Below, piece after piece: positions 14,680 to 24,355 of a DNA stretch of 64,000 bases. Where the stretch lies: NCBI GenBank assembly GCA_053919585.1, contig CM132791.1; one strand, given 5' to 3'. The DNA comes from Euprymna scolopes (Eukaryota). Numbering within the stretch: position 1 is the stretch's first letter; the number at the start of each line of letters is the position of its first letter. The position numbers and the translations under genes were made by a program. Under the pieces are notes generated by a model. The model searched no databases. It saw only the letters and a program-made list of their open reading frames with translations, and was not told where the DNA came from.

Positions 14680-15839
14680 AGAAGAATACCTATCTCAAGG
14701 TGGGTCCAATTAATTCTGTGAACAAAACAGTTTACAACAATTTTATGTCTCTTTACGAAGATTAAAATCAAGATATAATGCTACTAAATCTTATATCTAG
14801 AATCCTTATTCAAAACTGTGATGAAAGCACATTACATGATTTACGTATAATTATATAGCTTAGAACTGGGATATGAGTTTTGTTAAATATTACATAGTCG
14901 CTACACTAAACATAATTATGTTTCAGACAATTGGTTGGCAAAAACCAAAAGTCCTCGTCAGGCGACGTAATAAAGCTTATGTGCAAATGAAGGCATCTGG
15001 TTCTCAAATGTAAGAAATTAAATATTTTTTTTATTAATAAAAATAAGATAAAAAATGCTAAATTTAAACGGGAGGAGTGGTAGGTTAATTGGCATTTTAG
15101 ACTCAAAACAACGGAAAGCGATAGGGGGAAAGAGAACGTCAAGCCTTAACAGGATATAGAGGAAGAATAAAAAGGAAACAAAAATGAAAACGAAAAAGAA
15201 AAAAGAAAGAACAAAACGATGGAAGAAGGAAAAGGGGATCAGCATGATTACATTTCCACAAGAAATTGGAGGGTGGAAACATTTGAAATCATCTATGATT
15301 AAGGGTTGGAAGTTAACATGTCAAAAACATGAGTTTTGTCTATCATAGAGGCAACATATGGAAAGAAAGAAAGAAAGAAAGAAAGACAGAAAGAGGTCGG
15401 CGCAAAGTGGTGGGAACAAATTAGCACATAGGGACTTCAGTCAGGCATATACACACACACTTATATGCATATCAGCAACCCAGTTGAACACACACACACA
15501 CACACACACCCACACACACACACACACACATATATATGTTCATGCATATAAATGTAAAAATGAGAATGTATCTAATTTAATTAATAAAACCTGAGACGAC
15601 CTTATGCAGGGATAATAAGGCTGTGTTTTCTTAATCATAAGTCAAATTTACCACAATGAAATTTAAAAATTAAAATTAAAACCTCCAGTAATGAAAATTA
15701 AAGATCCAAAAAATAAATAAAAAAATTATAAAATAATAAAGAATACAAAATATAAAAATATAAACAATATATAATAAATAAACAAATATGTATAAAATAT
15801 ATAAAAGGATAATAACATAAAGTAAATAATAATAGTAAA

Positions 15840-15881
<42 letters not shown>

Positions 15882-15920
15882 AGAAAAAGAGAGAAAGAGA
15901 AAGAACGATAGATATATAGA

Positions 15921-16350
15921 TATACTAGCATACCGCACGGCGTTGCTTGGTCGTAAAAAAATCAAAACATTTAGCACTCCAGTTTTCATTAATATTTGAG
16001 TTAACAATAGATGGATATTAAAACTTAAGAACTTAACAGACTTTTACGTATGAGTGTATAGTTGTGCATGTGTATCGGAGCACTTTAAGTCGACTTATGC
16101 CTACCAAATTGAAAAATTGAAATTGGCGTGTGTGAATAGTTTCTACCAAAATATTCTGTCAATTTTTNNNNNNNNNNNNNNNNNNNNNNNNNNNNNNNNN
16201 NNNNNNNNNNNNNNNNNNNNNNNNNNNNNNNNNNNNNNNNNNNNNNNNNNNNNNNNNNNNNNNNNNNNNNNNNNNNNNNNNNNNNNNNNNNNNNNNNNNN
16301 NTGAAACGCAGAATATTCAGTGTAGCTTAATCGCCATATATATTTTATAA
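15921..16350. mobile_element. Helitron/Helentron-type non-autonomous element (partly masked)
   Basis: Terminus 'tactagcataccgcacggcgttgc' (CTAG plus a GC-rich subterminal palindrome) next to TA-rich repeats. Confidence 0.45.
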
Positions 16351-16352
16351 AT

Positions 16353-16417
<65 letters not shown>

Positions 16418-16420
<3 letters not shown>

Positions 16421-17933
16421 GCATATTTTATTGAAGAGGATCTTCGTTCTTCTTTTTATGATCTTTCTTTCGAATTTTTCTTGTTTTCGTACAAGTATTT
16501 TTGTTGTGGGATCCAAAGTTCTTATAAAGTCCCCTATTTTACCGAACGTTTTCGGTCTCGATTGACCATCGCCAGGGTTGTACTTCCTGTGCATCTTACT
16601 TATTCATTGATTTGTTCTCTGTCGTTTTACTGTTTTTATTACTAATTTACTATGTGTAGTTTCGCCTAATTTGATTTTTTCCCTTCCTCTTCACCTTTAT
16701 CGTGTTAGAATAGGTGGAGAATTCGGCTGATGTTGTCAAAGTTTATTTTATTAATGGTTGGGTTTTTACTTTTTATTATTAATGCTTCTAGCATTGTTAG
16801 TCGTTGGTAATTATTACAAGTTTTTAATATGTTAGTGTTATTTTTTAAAAGATCTTTGTATTGTTTGGAGGTGGTGTTTATTATGATATGTTCTTGTTCG
16901 AGGCGTTTGCAAATAGCACTGGAGGTGTTCTGATGTCCTGTGAGACGTCTTCCCAATGTAGTGCGTGTATGACCAATATAGTTCATATTTTTCGAGTAGC
17001 AGTCCTCGAGGGGGCATTTAAACAAATAAACTACATTGACCATACTCATTTTATCGGTTGTATCGTTGTTATTATTCTTTACTACTAGGTTTTTCGTTAG
17101 GTATTTTTATAATATATTATTAGTTTAATTTTGTTGTTAGGATTTTGTATTTTTATGTATCTTTTTATAATATTTTTGATGGTGATTTCGTCCTGTTTGT
17201 GATTATAGTGCATTTGATTTTTGTAGTATAGAGGAATTAGGGTGTTTTCGTTTTGATTAATTGGTTTGTTTTTATTTCTAATAAATTGGGCTATTTCTTG
17301 ATCGATTATTTTATTGGGAAAGTTTTGTTAACTAGTGTTTGTTTAATGTTTGCTAGCGCTTTGTAGAAAAGGATTTTACTAGATGATATTCGGTGTGCTC
17401 GGTCTAATAGGTTTTTATTATGGCTATTTTATATTTGTTGGGGCAATAGCTGTTAAAATTAAGAAGGCAGGAATGTTTACTGGTTGTTTTTTTGTATATG
17501 GTGGTGGTAAATTTGCCGTTGTTTTCGGAGTTAATTAGTATGTCTAGAAATGGTATTTTATTGTTTATATTATGTTCTATGGTAAATTTTAGATGGGAGT
17601 TTAGTTCGAGTGTTTCTTTTAGTTTTGTTATTTCGTTTATATTTTTGGATAATATAAATATATCATCTACATATCGTGCATATATTGTGGGTTTTTCAAT
17701 GCTACCATTAAAGATTTTATTTTCAATTGCTGACATGTAATATTCAGCAAATGTTGGGCTTAAGGGTGATCCCATGGATACTCCCTCTTTTTGTGCGTAG
17801 ATATTTCCTGTAGGGTCGGTAAAAGGAACCTTAGTAGTGCATAGGTACAGTAATTTTTTCTAACACTTGTATTTTTATCTTAGGGGGTGGTAATGTGTCA
17901 TGGTTGTATATTGTATTTATTATTATTTTGATT

Positions 17934-17937
<4 letters not shown>
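16418..17937 (-). mobile_element. Penelope-like element, 5'-truncated: RT core, GIY-YIG endonuclease and pseudo-LTR
   Basis: RT motifs MGSPLSPTFAEYYM, YARYVDDIF and IPFLD (17404-17775). GIY-YIG VVYLFKC...YIGHT...RL..H...LEALII...PTIN (16705-17049). An ORF N-terminus-like segment restarts downstream (16594-16418). Flanked on both sides by (TA)n. Confidence 0.93.
16541..16578 (-). ncRNA. Minimal type I hammerhead ribozyme-like motif in the Penelope pLTR (core mutated)
   Basis: Minus strand reads ACC-CTGGCGA-T-GGTC-aatcga-GACC-GAA-AACGTT-C-GGT: stem I, stem II, palindromic stem III and a UUC triplet. The CUGANGA core is changed to CUGGCGA. Confidence 0.7.
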
Positions 17938-18002
<65 letters not shown>

Positions 18003-18311
18003 GGGGAGTTAAAAGATAAGAATAAGATCGGTTCTTTAAGAGGAGATTTATCAGGATAATGCAAAGCTCAACAAATTGATTTTGCGATTATATAGAATAT
18101 TAATAAACTAAGAAAATGGACAATATAAAAACATGTACTAATGTATATAAATTTATTCGTTTATTCAATAAGGATGATACATAAGTTAGTGGTGTAGGAT
18201 AAGTAAAACTCTTTATACCCTGGTATTTTGGAGCCTAATGCTTCTCATCGGAAGAGGAGAGAAAAATGCTAGGTAACCTAATAAGGATGCGACCCCTATT
18301 GATAAGGGAGG

Positions 18312-18352
18312 TCCTTGGCCTTTTGGTCAGGATCAAAGTGTAGTATCTGTTT
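18312..18352 (+). ncRNA. U2 snRNA 5' fragment (stem I plus branch-point recognition sequence), diverged
   Basis: ggccttttggtcaggatcaaagtgtagtatctgtt compared with metazoan U2 GGCCTTTTGGCTAAGATCAA(A)GTGTAGTATCTGTTCTT. Confidence 0.8.
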
Positions 18353-19720
18353 CGGCAGATGCTGCACTTAAGATAGTTTGTACCAGTCAATGGAGGGGAA
18401 ACCCTCTATACTGGGACAATTATTATTTTTGGTAACCAGAGTGACCCCTTTTAGGGGAGCTGGTTTTTACCTCACATTAAAAACGGCCTTGTGCCTAATT
18501 TGCTCAGTGGGGGAGCAAATAAATACCATCTGTTCCGGCAGATGCTGCACTTAAGATAATTTGTACCAGTCAATGGAGGGGAAACCCTCTATACTGGGAC
18601 AATTATTATTTTTGGTAACCAGAGTGCCCCCTTTTTGCCTACTTTTAGGGGAGCTGGTTTTTACCTCACATTAAAAACGGCCTTGTGCCTAATTTGCTCA
18701 GTGGGGGAGCAAATAAATACCATCTGTTCCGGCAGATGCTGCAGGCTATGACTAGCTATGACTAGCAAAGACCAGATGTGGGGGCAGCCCCACATGCCTG
18801 ACCATTAACCAGCTCCCATTTCCCACCTCTCGGGAGCTGGTCCCCTTTTTCCCTTCCCCCTCCCTTCACTCCTCACATTAAAAATCGGCCTTGTGCCTAA
18901 TTTGCTCGGTGGGGGAGCAAATAAATACCATCTGTTCCGGCAGATGCTGCAAGCTATGACTAGCTATGACTAGCTATGACTAGCAAAGACCAGATGTGGG
19001 GGCAACCCCACATGCCTGACCTTTAACCAGCTCCCATTTCCCACCTCTCGGGAGCTGGTCCCCTTTTTCCCTTCCCCCTCCCTTCACTCCTCACATTAAA
19101 AATCGGCCTTGTGCCTAATTTGCTCGGTGGGGGAGCAAATAAATACCATCTGTTCCGGCAGATACTGCAAGCTATGACTAGCTATGACTAGCAAAGACCA
19201 GATGTGGGGGCAACCCCACATGCCTGACCTTTAACCAGCTCCCATTTCCCACCTCTCGGGAGCTGGTCCCCTTTTTCCCTTACCCCTCCCTTCACTCCTC
19301 ACATTAAAAATTGGCCTTGTGCCTAATTTGCTCGGTGGGGGAGCAAATAAATACCATCTGTTCCGGCAGATACTACACTTAAGATAATTTGTACCAGTCA
19401 ATGGAGGGGAAACCCTCTATACTGGGACAATTATTATTTTTGGTAACCAGAGTGCCCCCTTTTTGCCTACTTTTAGGGGAGCTGGTTTTTACCTCACATT
19501 AAAAACGGCCTTGTGCCTAATTTGCTCAGTGGAGGAGCAAATAAATACCATCAAAGTGTAGTATCTGTTCTTCAGATGCTGCACTTCTATTTCTTGTTCT
19601 CTTTCAGTGGAGGAGAAATCCTTCACGACTGAGACAATTTTTATTTTTGTACCTTTTCTCCACATTAAAAAACGACCCTGGTGTCTAACTCTGTCCCGTG
19701 GGGAGGCATAGTAAATAGGT
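18345..19720 (+). repeat. Tandem array of 7 structured units (types A,A,B,B,B,A,C) associated with U2 sequence
   Basis: Units start at ~18345, 18528, 18722, 18930, 19148, 19356 and 19550. They begin atctgttc(c)ggcagatRctRca and end ggccttgtgcctaatttgctc.gtgg.ggagcaaataaatacc. The last unit is diverged. Confidence 0.92.
19550..19572 (+). ncRNA. Second U2 snRNA fragment
   Basis: atcaaagtgtagtatctgttctt, 23 nt matching the invertebrate-type U2 sequence as I recall it. Confidence 0.8.
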
Positions 19721-20369
19721 ACATTAGGAGCGAAATAATTGTGCAGTGAGAAATAAAATATTGAACTGTTTGAGGAAGGAATAGGAGAACTAAACTAATC
19801 TCTGTGATATAGGGTGAATATAGCTTTGATTAAATAATGGCGGTACGTGTATGCCACGTATGCCATATGTGCATTTAAACTCTCGGGAAGAATATAGGAT
19901 AATCGATTAAAATAGGGCGTTTATTTAATCATATGTATTAATCGGTTATAACTATGGAAAGGGTTTACTTGAAAAAGGAATATTTTGCTAGATCCGTATA
20001 TATTAGTAGGGGTATCAGAATTAGAACTTAGTATTCAAATGGAGTATAAATTATTAGAAATAATTAATATAATAAAAGAATAAAAGTTAAGAAAATAAAT
20101 GATAAAGGATAAGATATAAAAATTGTAAGTGAATAAGTTAAAGGAAAATCAAATGGTAGAATAAGCGGATTAAAAATACAAAGGATTATGGGTCAAAAAA
20201 GTATAAAATAATAAAATAATGATAAAAGGTATAAGAAGTACAAAGTTATTAAATATAAAAAAAATAGATATAAAAAATAAGTATAAAAACTCAAGTAAAA
20301 AAAGGAAATAAAAAAAAATAAGGAAAATATTAAATAAAAATGAAATAAGTAAAATTTACAATGAGAGAA

Positions 20370-20458
20370 AATTCTTAACTAGTAGAGAAGTGAAAGTTGT
20401 AAAGAAGTGAAAGTTCTTAACTAGTAAAGAAGTGAAAGTTCTTAACTAGTAAAGAAGT
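20370..20458. repeat. 25-bp tandem repeat x ~3
   Basis: agtgaaagttcttaactagtaaaga repeated. Confidence 0.85.
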
Positions 20459-20774
20459 AGTGTTATCCAAAGTTCTTAGGTCCTTGTTGATTGCAAAGAC
20501 ATGTCGAAATACTTTTTTTTATATTATTAATAAACAGAAGTTCCGCTTGGGAATTTCAGTCACAATTTAGTTCAAACGGTGGTTCAGGTTAGCCTGTGGC
20601 GGTTGATGATGGAAATTTTGAAATCGAATTGATGTATCATCCTTATTGAATAAACGATAAATCTATATCCATTAGTATATATTTTTATATTGTTGTTTTC
20701 TTATTTTATTCACACTCTCTCTATATATCTATCTATCTATCTACAAAAGTGAAGGCCGGCTGAAATGCTAGTAA

Positions 20775-21533
20775 ATATATAAAAGTGATCTTGTCTCTGA
20801 GTGTGGAATNNNNNNNNNNNNNNNNNNNNNNNNNNNNNNNNNNNNNNNNNNNNNNNNNNNNNNNNNNNNNNNNNNNNNNNNNNNNNNNNNNNNNNNNNNN
20901 NNNNNNNNNNNNNNNNNNNNNNNNNNNNNNNNNNNNNNNNNNNNNNNNNNNNNNNNNNNNNNTATGGTTGACTATTTTAAAAAAACTGATTACATATAAT
21001 GAAAGAAGATGTATCGAGACACAGGAATGGGTATGTTTGATCTGACAGAACAGTGGTTCATTAAAATTGTGGGATCTGCGTTTGCGCCTGGTCCACAAAG
21101 TATGGAAATAAAAAATGTAAAAATTTAAAAAAAAAACATTTACAAGTGTTTTTGATATAGATGTACATAAGAATACTTTGATAAGTATGTTTGAACTTAA
21201 ATAGGGATGGTATGATAAAATTGTTGGGTCTGCGTTCGCGCCTGGCTTCCATAGAATGGAAATATGTCACAAAGTTGAACAAGGTTTTTTAATATAGATC
21301 CACAGAATATTGTGATAAGTGTTTAAGTGTGAACAGGTATGGTATAATAAATTATGGGGTTTATCTATTTTATTTTTACTTTCATCATATTTTGCTTTGG
21401 TTTTGATACCACCAAATTCGAAGTTATCTCTTTACAACCCTTCCTTTTCATAACCTATCATACTTTCATAAATCAGAGTCCATTTCCTGTAGGCTGTTTT
21501 TGAACCCAGTCAACGACGGGTACTTTTGCTAGT
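20775..21533 (+). mobile_element. Helentron/DINE-1-like non-autonomous element with an internal ~155-bp tandem repeat
   Basis: 5' end 'atatataaaagtga', 3' end 'cccagtcaacgacgggtacttttgctagt' (subterminal palindrome plus CTAGT). The internal repeat 'aaaattgt.gg.tctgcgtt.gcgcctgg' occurs at ~21063 and ~21217. Confidence 0.6.
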
Positions 21534-21549
21534 ATATATATATATATAT

Positions 21550-23478
21550 TGGATTTCATTAAATTACATTACAATATTCCATCTCACACTGTAATATTAG
21601 TCCTCGCACAAAAGAGCAGGACACAAAACTTTTTGTTTTTTTGTTTTTTTTTATTACATTTTCACCCCAAACAAGGCAAATTGCTACTTTGGTGTAGGGG
21701 GCTACTATCAGGGGCAACAGCTACTGGGGTACTATGTAGGGATTTGGGCAGTAAGATGTCGGTTACACTTGAACTTCTGCATGCCAGTACTGTTGGGGAA
21801 GCAGGGACCTGGAATGGAATTCCAAATTCTAGCGGTTCTGGGGAAGAAACTATTAGAGTAGAAAGATCTTTTACATCTAGGGATCTCTACAGTGTGGGGG
21901 TGGGATTGAGCAGCCTGTCGGGTTTGTCAAGGGTACTCATGTCGTGGGGGCACAAGTGATTGCAGTTCGTCAGAGCATTCACCACTAAAATACTTGTAGA
22001 AAAGGCAGAGGGATGCAACATTTCGTCGATGGGACAGAGGCTGAAGCCTAGATGCCAGTTCAGGGCCTATCAGGTTTGCGACTCTCTTTTGAACCTTGTC
22101 AAGGAGCGAGAGACCAGCAGCAGATGCACCAGCCCAAATATGACAGCAATACTCCATACATGGGCGAATGGTGGCCTTATAGAGGTACAGGATACTTTCA
22201 GGTGTTAGTAGTTGTTTAGCACGGTAAAGAGAGCCCACCTTTCTTGCAGCAGCTCTGGCAACGCCTTCAATGTAATTGTTCCAACTTATGTTTCCTGTGA
22301 ACGTTAGGCCAAGGAGTTTGAAAAATGTACTCTCAGATAAAGAGTCGTTGGCCATTGCTATAGGTGGTAGACAGGGTTTCTTGTAATTATTGAATGAAAC
22401 TAGTTTAGTCTTGGCGGCATTGAACGTGACCAATCATTTTTGTCCCCATTCCACTACGGATCGGAGGTCTTCCTCTAGTGTTTCTGCCATTTCTTTAGAA
22501 ATGTGTTCATTCGTCTTCCTGTTGTGCCTGCCATAGAGTGCAGTGCCATCAGCATATATACCCATCTCAGAGGCAATTTTGTCGGGGAGGTCATTAATGA
22601 ATATCAGGAACAATAGAGGTCCAAGGATAGAACCCTGGAGCACTCCCGCATTTATATCATATTGTTTAGATGTACGACCGTCGAGGACAACCTGGATTTT
22701 TCTCTTATCTAAGAAGGATTTAATTATGTTAAGTATTCTACCAGTGATACCGTACAATCTAATTTTCCTGAGGAGACCCTCATGCCATACCCTGTCAAAA
22801 GCCTTAGATATATCTAGAGCTACTGCTCTGCTCTCCCCCGCTTTGTCCAGTGAATGGTATATGCGTTCAGAGATTACAGTTAGGATGTCTGCTGTGGAAC
22901 AGGCTTGTGTAAATCCATATTGTTGGTCAGTCAGAAGTTTAGCATCTGTAAAGTGATGGACTAGAGCATGGTTAATTAAGGTCTCAAATATTTTGGCAAA
23001 AAGTGGGAGGAGGCTAATGGGGCGATAATTTGATGGGTCAGTCCTTTCGCCAGAATTCTCGAATACTGGTACAACAGAAGCAGTTTTCCAACAGCCCGGA
23101 AAGCAGGCTTCATTAAGGCATTTGTTGTAGAGTGTGGAGAGAACTGGAGCTACTTTGGCTGAGCATTTTTTTAATAGCACAGCTGGGATGAGATCGGTTC
23201 TACATGCTTTTAAAGTGTCAAGGTTTTTTATGATAGCATGGGTGATTTTTAGATCGTCTAGCCTGGCGTCTGTCCGCATAGGAAAGTCAGGTAGGGGGTG
23301 GTTGGAAGGGTCCAGTGTGGAGTTTGAGGCAAACCGACTGGCAAGCATGTTAGCCTTGTCGGTTGCTGAGGAGACAACCTCGTGATTGTTGGTTAGTGGG
23401 GGAATTGTTGATTGCCCATTATTTACTACACTGTTGTAGATTTTCCAGAAGTCTCGAGTTCCTAGTTTTTGTGCTGCT
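21550..23478 (-). mobile_element. 5'-truncated LINE of the CR1/L2 group; RT pseudogene
   Basis: Motifs NYRPISLL, QYGF, ALDISKAFDRVWH, GVLQGSILGPLLF, YADG (for YADD) and YKATIRPCMEYCCHIW. A single in-frame TGA at 22434-22436 replaces the expected W and joins two ORFs. Confidence 0.95.
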
Positions 23479-23739
23479 TTTTATTATTATTATAATAATA
23501 GAATAACAATAACAAAGACTTTCGCTGGCGAGGACTACTATTGACCTTAACCAGTTATACAGTCTTTTTGAAATTTTCATCTCTATTTTTCTCGTTTCTA
23601 CTGAATATTTTTAATGAAACCTATATGAAATATGTCCCTTATTAAATTTTAAAGAATTTCTATTCTGAAAGAAGTTTAAAAAAATTTAATCTAAAAAGTT
23701 ATTTTAAATATTTGTTTTAAAAAATTCAGATTTTTTCAT

Positions 23740-23972
23740 TATTCAGACCTGTATTACAAAGAGGATGGTTGCAAAAAATGAGTTGTGGTGTGAGGAGAAA
23801 TACAAACTGAAACAGAGAGAAATTCAGACCTGTAATCATACAAAGAGGGGGTTGCAAAATGAGGAGAAATACAAACTGAAACAGAGAGAATATTCAGACC
23901 TGTAATCATACAAAGAGGGGGTTGCAAAAATGAGTTGTAGTATGAGGAGAAATACAAACTGAAATAGAGAGA
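23740..23972. repeat. ~80-bp tandem repeat x3
   Basis: attcagacctgta..tacaaagagg..ggttgcaaaa..tgaggagaaatacaaactgaaa.agagaga. Confidence 0.9.
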
Positions 23973-24165
23973 AGGAGAGTTTTAAAATATAATCTTAAAA
24001 AGATAAGATATAAGTTAGAAAAGCATTTCATCCAAGGCATGAAAATTGTTAAACAAAATGGTTTTACTATAGGCTTTAAAAATAAAGGTGCAAGATTCAA
24101 TTTGAAATTTATTTATCTTCAAAGTGCACTTTTATAAATTTTACAAAGTAAGGTATACAAAATTA

Positions 24166-24355
24166 ATTTAAACCGAATCAAAAAATTACCTTGGATTTAT
24201 TTTATGCAATGTACATTCTGTTGCACTTTAAAAACATTATCTTTCATCTAGCAATTAATGATATAGATATAAAATTTTGAATGATTTTTTTTAAAGTGCA
24301 ACAGAATGTACATTACATAAAATAAATCCAAGGTAATTTTTTGATTCAATTTAAA
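24166..24355. repeat. Foldback / MITE-like inverted repeat, ~68-bp arms
   Basis: gaatcaaaaaattaccttggatttattttatgcaatgtacattctgttgcactttaaaaa and its reverse complement at ~24288-24347. Confidence 0.88.

Larger units (their letters stand above)
18102..20710. repeat. Pair of ~80-bp imperfect inverted repeats (18102-18182 / 20632-20710) bracketing the U2-related array
   Basis: 'cgtttattcaataaggatgatacat' matches 'atgtatcatccttattgaataaacg' in reverse complement, and the similarity extends outward with mismatches. Confidence 0.8.

Noticed and set aside
18312-18527. Canonical functional U2 snRNA gene
   Set aside because: It lacks the ATCGCTTCTC 5' end, canonical stem IIa and the stem-loop IV ATTGCA loop. 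The branch-recognition sequence is sequestered in a hairpin.
18345-19720. CRISPR-like array
   Set aside because: The context is eukaryotic, the 'spacers' are repeated homologous types rather than unique sequences, and there are no cas genes.
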